From an uncultured virus (IMG/VR IMGVR_UViG_3300035505_000652) (taxonomy: Duplodnaviria; Heunggongvirae; Uroviricota; Caudoviricetes): a DNA stretch of 64,000 bases. Positions 26,901 to 31,445 of the stretch are shown here, in pieces. The notes beneath the pieces are model-generated. The model had not been told where the DNA came from, searched no databases, and saw only the letters and a list, made by a program, of their open reading frames with translations. Location of the stretch: IMG/VR virus record IMGVR_UViG_3300035505_000652, one strand, 5' to 3'. Made by a program: the position numbers and the translations under genes. Numbering within the stretch: the stretch's first letter is position 1; every line of letters starts with the position of its first letter.

Positions 26901-28000
26901 AACGTACTTGGAACATTTTCCAATGTACCCCAATCAATTTCCTTTAATACTATAGCATCAACATCTGTAACATCATAAATAAGAACACCGCCATCATTAA
27001 CCTTACCAATAAAATAGTTTTGGACTGTTCCTATTTGGTAATTGTCATTCTTATAAATGTTGCCTTCGTCATCTATGCAATTCGCCATAATTGTGGAATT
27101 AAGTATTCCATAGGCGCTTGTCAATTCGCTTTGGGTGAATAAGTTTAAATCAAAGCTGTTAATTGCAGCTGCATCTTTTTCAGAGATATTTTCTATCTCA
27201 ACCTTATATGTAACATAGTTGTTGTCTGTATAGCAAACAGATGTATCAACCACGCTTAAATCCGCAGTCCATTTAAGGTTTGAATATACATACATATTCT
27301 TTGCTGTTGATTGTTCTCCAAAAGAGGATTCATAATTAATGCTATATGCATCACCAGTTGATGTATAATAGGTTTCATATGCACATGCTAACAATACATT
27401 TCCACCTATATTCTCTGGTATCTCATTGTCTGGGCCATAAAACCTTACTTCCAATTGAACAACTTGAGGCATACCAGGCTTTAAAGTACCGCCACCCTTC
27501 ATTTTGAAGGCAAGCTGGGAGCCATGATACCATTCTGTATTCTTATCAACATCATCATCAGGGTTTGTATCATAAAATTCAAAGTTTCCCCATGATGATA
27601 CATGAACTTCTATACCAAGCTCATCATTGTCAGGCTCATTATATGTAGCTATCGCATTATTATTTTCATCATAAATAAAATAAGGCAAACGCACATATAT
27701 GATGGGTTCCTCCACCTCACCAGATGTGTACATTGCCTCTAATTGAACATCTACATAAAAGGTTGAATCTCCTCTAATCAACCATGTTTGCGAATCAACT
27801 TCCACATCATTAGTATATTGCGTCATCTTCTCACCACCTTGCTGGTTTTGGAAAGATGCTCTAATCTCTGGGGTATAGCCCAAAGACGTGTTTGTAGCCG
27901 TATATGCTATAGCCGTAATGCTTGAAATGTCTATATTGGTAAACATTATCAAGACAGCCAATAACAAGGCTATAATCCTTTGTTTTCTTGAATAGTTCAT
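1..28000 (-). CDS. Giant secreted/surface protein (>=9,333 aa, 3'-truncated by window edge) with >=23 SdrD-B-like repeats
   Basis: ATG at 28000 with AGAGGAG RBS upstream. N-terminus MNYSRKQRIIALLLAVLIMFTNIDISSITAIA is signal-peptide-like. The same frame is open at position 1 (PTHYRNNDVNYLVGYTTKV) and at the internal points I translated. The ORF track lists nothing in this frame, as expected if there is no in-frame stop in the window. Confidence 0.9.
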   Translation of the reverse strand, partial: MNYSRKQRIIALLLAVLIMFTNIDISSITAIAYTATNTSLGYTPEIRASFQNQQGGEKMTQYTNDVEVDSQTWLIRGDSTFYVDVQLEAMYTSGEVEEPIIYVRLPYFIYDENNNAIATYNEPDNDELGIEVHVSSWGNFEFYDTNPDDDVDKNTEWYHGSQLAFKMKGGGTLKPGMPQVVQLEVRFYGPDNEIPENIGGNVLLACAYETYYTSTGDAYSINYESSFGEQSTAKNMYVYSNLKWTADLSVVDTSVCYTDNNYVTYKVEIENISEKDAAAINSFDLNLFTQSELTSAYGILNSTIMANCIDDEGNIYKNDNYQIGTVQNYFIGKVNDGGVLIYDVTDVDAIVLKEIDWGTLENVPSTFESLPYLYSLAGDITVPIEKDDTKGTLYNEAVAKAEGKNNKKVYYISVPYPATMDTDFAITSHLIPTVYFGSYSEYSWSKRTSNVECYLKTPAMDWSLQKYVLNGTTRLENKEIALFKIDSYYIGDIKYTGNLNSTNTYIYEELPENFVLNDIIFNFNNSIGKNYTTVLSDNEYNKTGVEYYVNSITPINYLGSVEVSSEDDVDLNKFKEEAWTDGEVVEEYSNDDIIYVVYKNYDYNECLDFTNPLEFEFSKNGSTLWVSLGLLEDYDNGYDASFALSDVDTLISTYEKANNATFTRKIKINFNEKFSKNISWDGNIQIRGYANKVATLTNSASIYWQRKLLHQELDASEASYKYTDFNTDKDTASLTTSPARPVVDLVSYRNIDGTLKATSSFPMYIDNEYVRAYLGNTGESMAEYPVITINGFADKFEVEKLFISKDVLDRFESLTINSSDFELSLEDIKKYLDEDGNALIPKNVWYDECGDLSNIELHLTMIESETSFGKLYLDFIGNAVYYNSFTINAKNEVLYEETNISVSGSDKLSVTVTRMNPIIRTTAYVSSSNQNTVVSTDINRSTGTYYYASLNMYNHQDTYLQWSIENDAEAPTNNVDLTITLNNSIVNGNVKGFLPTKMVIGDITNIADIEEIQLTSLTTKEVVVIGKEDFVIEDGNIVVELTSDISTMKIVANNMYGYTTINNGTNLDIKVYGEASFDISKSSAQTIVGTLTYQPLTSCLADLNNPNIARLNLIKPTANIVESVNYKTNTKSTSTSKDVPSITLPMDEEASYNYKVEISNNYKMDDATISINIPYVDEALCFDAKKLKIKIPDVVDIEGIELYKDGETTPYKTITNLSNIDNDGYLTIELEDATNNIKILVADVYGNLSIANGNNIDIIVDGYVRFDNTKETSQNVLTSKVSFGFNNLYYTTGNESRSASFQLLSPDVYLTSSVHYNDLSKDSTNGSVPTLEVALHDESYYEYKIENKSDSSTNEVNLEISIDIDERGSLVTGFDATKFVVTNDKDIIDIKEVLLYQYGSQTATTISVKDLKVDNDGNYYIDLPEKVKSITIVANNILGNTTIASDNNVDVKIYGISNYTEPDNSEDYLTSTLSFKYQNSGFANMNKSISARFWIDDPYLIPYTHVYYGDETEAGYTDTKNSDGSYTILAIPYDRDFSFSTYLENKTISILDNPEITITMPAWNSDDSGMHVTSFEFTKEAFTLFKEITSFKLYDVNGDYLDVKYQEDGLLIEGTLYPFKDGVSTIQIDDISLDNISSIYIEGNDYKALAETTKLVQVYGYVDSPLNSSNKYLTKTVNNLNGDKLVQFNKQDYSINKVAKLYIDTVVRVGYQSDIKGKNVYGMPVEDTRLWYRGYSCSHHPTLTWNLISKDGASAEYYTYNNGEKSKDIEIDNTELEIGYKSIGTYYIDFRQYLNVGSNLPNHIDKLYDIPKFGCNNNGKSWIYNFGYHDQETSAAEVKVPSLNTAMDVDLTITIPSEYFNAYYLLVDSRAFDWITGLEVYREDGTSFSLQSKDFVANAADGTSTRINLVTEDIDKLFDNEENLYFKDAFDELETNGVSKVVVHLTMNEDQWTMDEDGNVILNVPDYDTWYDEADETTWGMFQVTGRYIKTGKVEVTANATITIGTSERAKERTLVGSKDLTTDSDWMYSVWIASSYDYHTHSSGGGCYHSAYLWTNYQSMSGIVYSKNIAYVDNYTNQTVQAGVHQSVTTKFDDNCKFSNEYQYVVNFGRSPYTKAQFYANYTSSYGSYYKSGLRITGSLPSYAENPFDYDNEYDFVDKITFIDTFPNIEKNAIEELGYDGFLVRQLKVSPEIYSLLDSTLTLKLQVFDKNYDIVYETEEVEVEDEEGVVTTKVVNKLDENGEPIILSKTWDGTYSRQDGDSLTIKKEDLLLGSDGNYVINIKYAELGEEKENEQDILLPENTYPKSYTFDIVNIRGTVDNASQYNHALKYNTLNSTTQDIIVVGNVYTIKDITPVSEATNTVSYTNKNNDGTTRSSSSGSYLLGYLLNYNMGHSLDILETRTKTYYQDDLVTPTTMSFGVKIWNTSKYNRNITQVVEGEDGTSSTQTVTIVEDPAHINKVTINNSLDSQFRLTTINIPTFLIDGDWFNVDTFTLTYGNSKTKSFTHEELVEMINDGTYIAKDGDDYVFNVEKYLLKEQYANLAKYTYNNTYVKVYVSNFKFVMKALKTSLQDEDNLSASEYLTSDRTNGYTITYTGIMVDRTVEEIENGEYTLESRVTSSSFSNTANRDLSTTVTNSLEVTPTTVDLNAGVYSELSSTHSNYYSYYSRYATLNLNEQRGTIIDGTKYLAYYKDANGEKVGISTSQLKGGDYIDYTITISNTTSTIIPIYSPDIKFTTGTNQRIVLWDILNNNSSIPDDKITGLLNNTTDIDKSEVSDDNIKVLVLKLGEDNIEKDAMLMPGESVQFIITTKIIKDSSSLEGVTVSQVVEAFGEQRHQFNAYSLENTSYRDSYGSISKSTYFGDLTGTSRSDYVTKLTSSVSTYDSESINLSYTFDREVANSTDYAHYDGQAATINVSNIVNKTGRYNDNIMVTINLLDASGYKGFEIQEPVVPTYPDDDNEHDDILVEYLVDGEWTTDNDIDTLVKATSVRWTYYQVTKDETALPNVEIHGVGRWQDIRNLDNRTSSMSNYYMAKVSGNILHTFIDDNDTTYTLTESTSITKNILRENPIVSIQIQNFETKEEAFASYNAYASQKTTYRPNDTLWNKVYLHNVKSTSYDTLQGVLLNPEMYIKLPEYLVGYDEYESDDFTVIKYINGEAVTLTSDDFTFEKYEVVDNDFGGDQVVSQSASGASNIGGYTFSDLSVSSTYEISFYVYKFVFNEDLLIDDSIEIIYNAQIRQNGLPMTYTKSGNNMQNGYFPKYGEYYTYSNSYHTSVVYYPYQSTKYYGQSYGSYARFANESYAMDMDYLMLDAGVSGTVNPQCENWEYLNYSVTYFPGTSSSDSNYGGANGRFDDYDANVGNYIQQTTYTPYVSNRAYDSMPSSYTYSSRDYFNFILSKRIAYGKYWDGAEEGTSNSERTNIIWSETRMHLTKAWLAASTEIIPNDSSTIYKYDFGSPKYANQRTSNYYNTANGSTFKARRSWLYKTFIFDDNSPVLEYNQTATHEIGVYNYGDWGVDGIEITYVVPKGITPLFDEDGNLKNFQVLSLSNYNTWDIDVTEYATFEVIQTPDDYKGYLSPYSVVDPIWNTDYINEYYSNDEDDINNKCYVLKITINYPLDKWFNRGSNFGYSMRVRFDSIVSETNKNEGWYDEVMVKPIDSENSLYYQIYNDTQLVGSCRTKIKNVQNLGQDFLYGVWNEYDTAFTYNGSSINTPYINGYNIRNMAFVTNGSSSTNGTYYSETSSNLHELYSNDVSNVKFYAVTGTRVSMRKPYINTWITYGSDENGNVANAGKNIEDYYVSDEGVTNTVNVVVENSFYLTSYMPEDAATYLNARTAYEPYTYNTRFKYNDETIGGNKGDYILPVVTTYLPEALVPVTTEGNTIFTTDNEVNATKELDWTLYDANGDVLEDEQSKYKSKVEYVEVEKTNSDGSYVYNEDGSIEVEGRYKVTIWADETYLGEKEKEARISSGSTNIFSIKTFKVHTDYEDIIATNGKTYSIIRPINAYVSSTLKNFKFITDDDVYSLMTEMNSKSINSNTNNFGLIYDGSSLYSDPDKNTVYNNVFNYYRVGGVYYNIFNVTVPSYRKSLIYNTFTYSWYVRGSAHTSENYRSVTFTGGWTPNYTLSSSTDSYSLINYNHRYYEVNDINLQHNSGYKLLLDDDNKDFNLNGDTTHIEDTTTNVVNDSGVTNHLDVRVAIPQIQNYLYVSSSLDEIGQLNGKFSTSRTTKNHQYSDVLYYSSQITNEILSVNDKDVNGDVLYQTFNVTFVLPNTVTYQDDKLCYISYYDTIDGETVLVTKDVETLENEGWVITEVNNYINENDEEVITYDITTPSSDNWDGTLLSYLTGEYPTGYFAQNSTIYFRIKTRIDNLPEETTFNIGDGYWSGFKAIDYLTLHLNDEPLAAGRNYTFYYYNSIIDNLNNNVDYNNNGTSDTYSYDVSPTINIDKPSANVRIDTGSARIVLNNLDSGRELTDDVYIKGVTKMKLYLDQVNNNTNVNTFIVDIQVPSYGTRYYATRQATSSDYKVQTIMSSIRTGKWEFSNEEYMDLLDNYRVYIYAKVENDTYSAYYENVTNYNLEKWVLIGNEDGYKLDANETITVPKEYKSSIMQIQYVIKAYDENDDGSGRVQYTNPVLDTLRVAVDAIDDIDEEEYLTNKLNSIISTLKYIDEYKSDFYVDLDDDTTSTLTYDEVEKILANGKTTPTILETYVDEDTIEDILNSTTLTKDDLAKIANASTLTSEEKATIKASLGIQEMDDIDPERLNLNELSSSVKENAPYIEMQTALVDENGYKKHVNYFAQAWAKYDDTKYATISTIDRAGFYINPELPYISLDIEANYFDSVTEEDESTHYEWTSNLVINPDYSQVLKYKVEFSNIGEEKLYEKYGEYNLEDYCSNPEISVTLPYFEKLYEADFKYIDYETEYEGSFLDPSYTSKKTLNFQDPVWTYYIINTDTGEVVEDSSSRFDVEVEFDYKNVDLSSYNRKIINWNFEGRLEPNETIVVEFTLPLNIKDIGLISAYLMTFKAYGYKDGSFMPFITKSEYSSTDIALEIDTRDINLDGNKTDMTITRQGKSYSFIANTVLQKTKKASTDLDSGLTENRPAAMPENTDVEFMVSVQNPGNTDGDFINPILYDILPYTDDTEIYNVDTSGSARSRGSMWTPYLNLDSFEVVYYDEESLGAETVASNKYTIYVGPLKLVNGKYQLVDTTFPSITDRRSNAWYRKLYKSEANLANINLVPLNKLMAMKNSYSEYEWYVLNRGIREFLVEFYDTTVSSRTRYEVSYTMHMPINTPLYYGTAVGEDTEIIEMTKDYTIWNTDVVSVTSGMPAESNKAGAYGTALSDKGFIGSYVWDDYNQNAIEDEATYEEDEYGRYILTELTTDTDFDGEVNDPGINNVYVELLNEYGQPVNRDHEACTYLEEEGKYVLIDEVTGEYLYDDYGDHLYTNLAPMTAYTTYDYYGNAGYYLFSNLEPGKYTIRYTLDNMSQYALTTLEQNGVSFQVVDRVREYNGTKITKDQLIVETDVIEVKALSEYENEVEYNHEMATFNVGVARPYTFGGYAWLDETETMEDGEIVYIGDDGIRQSTESPLTNTRITVRYADDIDTIAIDEDGFEAVTYTDENGYFQFRLNPNYKYVIMCEPEDGLIVTPYTYETNPLAREDDNDLVKSSYGYVTRPFSVEQRYSNGNILLNDDNQGYLLDNSFGLGLIHKGRAYIGNLVWDDTNYDGIYDLTSEYGIADVTLTLKGFYYDGSEWHEYLVDGVQYTKTVTTTNSGAYSFKSLPTTYEVDDDTTYILGYQVYVEDYPTINKTTSEVTKYYRGDLLNENNDYNSLTDMLMPVEYMDETQTYIIPLSKVSDTTIKGHDLYGFDLDEVLVINDIYAGFTEDELSTLTGKVFLDDDYDGLYADGDGIEGIKVVLERYIQKEEYSTEWVYDTSFIEETTSDGTYTFADLEDHVTIDGTNLMYAYKLRLDESLDEKYVETKYKQGDNIVIDSNLELDGTLYMVEEDEFFTLSEEVLDDFDYDLHLIYRGDSVYSTLKVKDEVEDDTHYAGIKTIQTGFITGMVFNDVDYDGSHQNNVGIGGIELTLVPYYHVDGEWVELPEEYVTFDTTTTSVSSKTNIYNTILFNPALTSLNSYYLNVGEYMFRNLPTYIEINGVKYLMGYTVFATVPDKYIITKYKQDGVAYEYQSKLEIIEETLTENEVVIPACPTEDETIPYVEVVDGVSYDLLLSRNYTDYDAGLLEATKGIITGVAFKDNNYNGLNDDKAYVSGVKVELVQYYWDVTNKAWVEVEGYSNTTTTNSKGVYAFSNLPTYININDVKTIVSYKVNVVSFNSDVYAITKYKVGEDDVVDNDLRYDNLSLTLDDEYIILAEVSTRNDTNLCEFEIEGVTYDIAQAIGTVNAYNIGLIAYTNSNIKGVIFDDTNYNGIYEKESNITQNVTLVAHQYYNVDGEWVFYKDITFTVTKGNISLTTLPTFVTIDGEKMLTGYKFSLKNIPATLGESYYEYSEDLTHNMGEFTLNEDGTDPYALEIISPQADNGYVVIASTELTDETSKNNIYLDKYDIATINNDLTITIALKTFELSTIKGNIFNDVNYDGLLNLNDANYKEAAFTLEQYYFNGSEWVASSKSYKVVNTSKGVYTFSNVPTYVIVDDVRYLAGYKIKLNTLPSNYLPTKYHVPLLNATVNSDLNRNTLYLTEDYVTITETTDDVYGKSYIRQYNNEDYDLLTARDETSYDAGITSYVKGNFNGVVWDDVNYNGIKDSNESGVANVVININQYYYDGTDLVFNKTLQAKTDKNGKYSLDVDTYITIDGTNYLAVYTIDVNSLPSGYTATKYQVASDGTNSDLVLDGLKVVDGDTKYVVAIDNEYNSNDIYTFEYDGKVYDATKGCTKSALDVGILKYHTSTVSGTIFNDINYDGLNNDNLYWNNIPLTLKQYYYDGNEWIATSTSYNIKTGSNGTYSFGSVPTFVEVDGVKYLAGYKLFMDSTNGLAITKYLLNNGVNDSALLNTLELTKGDELDGYIVTAALKDEYSIQTRYDDVYDIIESIDISNYDAGLIKFGSYNNGNDDISGIIWNDKNYDGLMDEDLSSYGMSNISIVLEQYKLVDDGFVLVNSNYMTAKTSVTGQYTFKDVLTHVLEDGEYSLASYRVRVVELPDKFTTTKYRVVSSKYSNSDLIYKKALVDMDLNAENEYIIVADVKDEDSNTKYVFTYNNVDYDIIKCLSNDGFDGGVVKYSSIINPDVKDDEIPEDSYGIKGTVWNDINYDGLMDEDLSSYGVGKVGVTLEQYKLVDGEFILVNGDYAHTTTASNGTYTFLEPPTYVKDDDGTLYLASYKVRVDKISSPYTVTKYRVSSEAYSNNDMIYNKLLTNMYLVVDDEYIIVADVVDSNSEAAYTFTYEDVDYDIIKTINKLGYDAGIVRYSSVINPDIEDNDGDDDKVSSDTYAIKGKVWYDSNYDGLMNEENTGISNIGITLEQYKLVDGKFVLVDDEYTHTSTNANGVFKFMEPPTYILDEDGTLYLTSYKVRVDEIDNKYAVTKYHIQSDLYRNNDMVYNKALKDMYLVMDDEYIIVADVVDYNSEAAYTFTYKDVDYDIIKTISKLGYDAGVVNYSYDDCNAITGTIWNDKDYNGLMDETSYFENISIILEQYKMVDGEFEIVNKNFANTKTDISGHYEFTSVPTYILEDDGTLYLTSYKVRVVEIPQDFAVTKYKVISSKYANSDLVYNKSLKDMYLVEDNEYIIVAGKADTNSNANYIFTYEGVSYDVIKDEVKTGYDGGLVEFSTIVDNSNPNGGYKISGTIWNDYNYNGLMDEDAFMKDINITLEQYKLVDGEFVLVNSEYAKTFTNASGVWEFENLPTYIKDGDDYYLVSYKVRVDEIPEGYEVTKYKVESNEYANSGLIYNKELEDMYLVADDEYIIIASTKDEDSNPNYVFTYEGVEYDIISSSSKVDFNGGILKPASLNENGIPEDPEYDDSYYITGMVWYDADYDGLMDEDLASYGMEGVGITLEQYELVDGKFVLVNGEFATTTTDNNGYWSFARPETFLKDEDGTIHLAFYKVRVDEVDKAYAVTKYRMPSNEYANSDLIFNKDLVDMYLVEDDEYIIAAKAATDIVNTPYTFSYEGQSYDVIKGDAKAGYDGGILKFISTDEDPSGKETYKLSGVIWHDFDYDGLMNDNSYIDGIHIVLEQYKLVDGEFVLADNAIAQTTTDADGYWEFENPSTYIYDENGYYLTSYKVRVVEIPQDFAVTKYKVISSKYSNSDLVYNKSLKDMYLVTSDEYIVMAKEVSTIENAPYTFKYDETLYDIVRGVDRDGYDGGILKFASNSDRDDDRYVISGSIWYDADYDGLMNDDRYMEGIGITLEQYVLVDGEFVLVNDEFAKTATNADGYWEFVNPTTYLVNEDGSYSLAAYKARVDEIDSKYAVTKYHVASDEYADSDLVYNKSLKDMYLVADDEYIINAVEASYNETQYEFAYEGKIYNIIKGNDMNGYDGGVVRFDTYNETPEDGDMYIISGIVWNDVDYDGLMNDDEYFENVGITLEQYVLVDGEFVLVNDEFAHTATNADGYWEFVNPTTYIMDEDGTMYLASYMVKVDEVDKEMAVTKYRVNSNSRIKSLINDSDLIYNDTFESLYLVEDDEFIIPARDVTAAPHDGNPYEFVYGNSIFNIVKGTNLDGFDGGMLYFSTNSSNEDDWYTLSGIIWYDQNYDGLLNDDEYMENIGITLEQYILVDGEFVLVNDEFAHTTTDADGYWSFLNPPTYIMDGNTYCLASYKVRVDEIDNSYAVTKYHVESEAFANSDLIYNKSLKDMYLVENDEYIIMADDVTEQKAYYNEQYTFYYNDNVYDIVKGVDKNGYDGGVLKFASKSDRDADKYILSGIIWYDEDYDGLMNEDGCMEDIGITLEQYVLVDGEFVLVNDEFAHTTTDADGYWEFVNPPTYIMDEDGTVSLASYKVRVDEIDKAYAVTKYRVNLETSKGYLDNYLVTTMEYADSDLIYNKALKDMYLVADDEFIIMAKNVSDNISTNYNPYEFVYEGETYDVVKGVDKNGYDGGVLKFDTNLENQYILSGIVWLDEDYDGLMNDNKYMENIGITLSQYVLVDDEFVLVNDEFAHTATDADGYWEFINPPTYIMDEDGTINLASYKVRVDEIEDIYTVTRYRVEDANVNNSDMVYEDSLKDMYLVADDEYIIMAKETNEEDTASKASTYARAKAKAENGSDVIITNPYDFTYDGVSYNVVKGVDKDGYDGGLVQYMTGLISGTIWDDKDYNGLQDSGELGIANVEITLNKYYLSGNEWILMDEVQTTLTDNNGYYVFDELPTHYRNNDVNYLVGYTTKV

Positions 28001-29207
28001 TTGAAAAATCTCCTCTTAAGTTTTTCTAAAAAACTTATCTCAAAGTAAAAATCTATCGTAATTTGTTATTTTTAAATGCATCAATATATGGATTGATTTT
28101 AAGCAATAAAATAGCCTTTCTTTTAAAAGAACAAGGAAAGGTTATTTGGTTGGGACTTAAAATCAAGTAAAGTGAAGTGAAATATTTTATCAATGGTAAC
28201 TTAAAAATATTTCATAACAATTTCCATATGTCTTATTATACACTATAGCTTTTAAAAAATCTCAAAAAAAATTGCATGAGCTTGAAAAATTTTTGAGCAA
28301 GCAAGTAATCCTTGAATATTCAGATAATATGCAAATAAAACTAAAAAATGTTGCAATATTGAAACTAAATCAATAAAGCCTATAATTGAAGGACTAAGTT
28401 TATTACATTAACCAACCTCTTTTAAAAAACACAAATGCCTTTAACTATATAGGATTTATCGCATTTAAAGCATTTTCTTGATATTGCTTTGCCATAATTG
28501 CATAATATTCACTTTTAAAATGAGTGAACACAATATTGCAAGATAATATCTTTAAAAATGAACTCAAATAAAGTTAATTTTGCATAGTAAATGCACACAC
28601 AACTTTAATGATTTTGCATACATATTTAAATATTTTGTATCCCATCAATAAATAAAGAATTTCTTCAATATTATATGGAAACTAAAAGGACTTTTCCATG
28701 ATACATTATCCAATCCAATATGGCAAGATAAAAATTGTACAACCACGAAAAATATTTATCTAGAAAAAAAATACATAAAGAATTTAACTAGATAAAAACA
28801 TTTGAAATAAGCAAATTCAAAATTACATTGCTTTAATTGGAAGGATGATATATGGACTAAATCATTGATATAATTTAATACCTATCCCAAGACATTTAAA
28901 TTAAGCTTGATATATGCCATCCTTTCAAATTATAACTTAAACCAAACTGGTAATTTTTAATTTTATACAAACCAAGCCACCCTATCGCTTATCAAATATT
29001 ATTTAGATAAAGAAAAAAAATTTGTTTTATGAATTGATTTTATAATATATTTCCAACATTTTAAAATAATATAACATAAGTTATTTTATTTAAAGCAAAA
29101 TATTGGCATAAAATTGAAATCTAGGCATTTATTTAAATTAACAAAGATAATATTTCTTAAACTGGCTTTAGGATTGCATGGCTTACCACCTTATTTTTGA
29201 AGGCATA

Positions 29208-29228
29208 AATATTCTCAGAGAGAATATT
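29208..29228 (+). repeat. Dispersed hairpin repeat, short type
   Basis: AATATTCTC-AGA-GAGAATATT followed by CCATTAAATAAAAA. Confidence 0.65.
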
Positions 29229-30822
29229 CCATTAAATAAAAAAATATCATAGGTTATCTTATCTTCAATATTTATTGAGGAAAATTGATTTAAAAAGAGT
29301 TTTTGAAAAGTATTGAGTGAGAAGGAAATTTTATGGGATTATATGACTAAACCCATTGTTCTTTAAATGTGAAAAACAAGACTAAGAGGTTGGATTGGAA
29401 ATGAATATTAGATTGGAAATTGAATATTAAAAATCTTGATTTTATTAATAAAGTGGAAATATAGTTTTGAAATGGCAATACAAAATTTCCTATTTTAGTA
29501 ATGAATAAAATCCTCCAAGAAATTTTATATAATAAAGGCAAGTATTGATAAATTTTCTCTTTTACAAAGGAGGCTAACAATAACAAATATTGCTTATAAT
29601 AGATGATATTCTTTATTTTAAGCTTGTTAAATAATTAACAATTTTAAAATATCCATGACAAAAATTCAAAAATATAAAATTCACTTTGAAACTTAAAAAT
29701 CCAATATTATAGAGTAATCGAATAATCCTTTTATATGTTATGATAAAGCATATCCATTGCTTCTTATATAATGTAATATGGAATTTCCTTTTAAAATTAA
29801 TAAAATAAAGTATTGAAAAACCTTTCATGGATATAAGGTTTTCAATGATATTTTCCCATGATATAAAAGTAGAAACTTTTACAAATATTATATAATTCCA
29901 ATAGCTGCATCTTAGCAATCATAGTCACAAAGCTAATTAATATTTTATCTTGGTAAAATATTTCTTTTAATGTCTGTCTTGCAAGAGCTTTAATTTTGAA
30001 ATACAAAAATAATTGTGATAATTTTCAACCATATGTATAAGATGGTTAATTATTTCTTGAAAATCAAATTTAGCCACTTTGCAAAATTTCTTAGCTTACA
30101 ACATTTTATTGGACTACCTCTTATCATAAATTAAAAACCAAACATCTTCCAATCCCCCTTTATATTCATATAAAAAGCTTTGACCATACCAAGGTACATT
30201 AAACCCATCTATAATAGATTAGACCTATCCAGTCAACTTATATTGTTTTAAAAATTGTATCTTACAAAATGAAACCCTACTAAATATAACATGGCTCATC
30301 TTTCAAAAATTTTAAAATTCAAGCAAGCTATTTTTAAGCAAACTTCTTATATATAAAATTCCCCTCATCTTTATTTTTAAACAAAATGGTTATTAATAAA
30401 AAACTATCATAATAAAAATAAAAAAGCCACATTTATAATAAATAAAATCTGTCAAACCTTATATATTGAAATTTTCATCATTGCTTGGATAATCTTTAAA
30501 ATAATTTGAAAGCCTTTCTAGAAAAAATGAAATAAAAATATATTGTCTTCTTTAAAATAAAATCACTTGTTATTTAATTTGATTAAAAATTTTTTGAATT
30601 TATATATAAACTTCTTTTCTAATTTATTAAAATCAAACCCATGTATATATTATTACAAAGCAAATATCTTGTTCTGATTAGCTTTAATCCAAAATAAATT
30701 ATCCTTTATATTATTAAAGCTTCAATCTTTTTAAAAAGCAAATCCCTTACAAACAAACCAATCCATTAAAAAACATTTTCCACTTTAAAAAAATCAGGGA
30801 TGTCCTTCTTGTTTATAAAGCT

Positions 30823-31190
30823 TTATACTACTTTACATTAAGGTTCTTAAGAAATGAGGGATGAAAATGCCATTTTAAATAAAATCCACACAATCCTATA
30901 AAAATTTAAAACCTTCCTTTTAAATTTAAAGCCATACCTTATATATATTCAAAGCTTCATATGCTTATTTAAAACAATAAAAGGAAATCCTTTACCATTT
31001 AAATAAATACAAACTCCATTTTCTTCTCAAAATTAAAAGCACCTCCTTTAATTTAGAAGGATGCCATATCTTTAAATTTAATAAGAGCTTCCCTTTTATT
31101 TTGAAAAAAGTTATTTATTTACCGCAGGGGCTTTCCCTATCCCAATGGATTGTTATACTACTTTACATTAAGGTTCTTAAGAAATGAGGG
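30823..31190 (+). repeat. Perfect 38-bp direct repeat downstream of rep (candidate origin element)
   Basis: TTATACTACTTTACATTAAGGTTCTTAAGAAATGAGGG at 30823-30860 and 31153-31190. Confidence 0.85.
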
Positions 31191-31445
31191 TTAAAAAGAG
31201 TATTTTTAGCAAAAAGAATAAAAACAAATGATTATAAAAATTAAAAATGAGGTTGGATTTGGAATTTTAAAGAATGATTTTGACTTGGAAATTGACATGG
31301 TTTTAAAAGCAAGCACCAAAACAAAGCCTTAGTGCTTGACCAAAACTTAAATAAACTTTTCCTTTTTATTTTTTTGAAAAATTTTAAAAAGAAAATCCCA
31401 TATTAAATTATATGATAGGCTGGAAGCCTATCCCATAAAAGGGTA

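Noticed and set aside
597..26978. Dozens of short ORFs listed on both strands
   Set aside because: They are antisense or off-frame shadows of the giant minus-strand ORF and echo its repeats.
29347..29918. Two minus-strand ORFs (79 and 101 aa)
   Set aside because: No RBS; Phe/Ile/Lys-rich composition typical of chance ORFs in AT-rich DNA.
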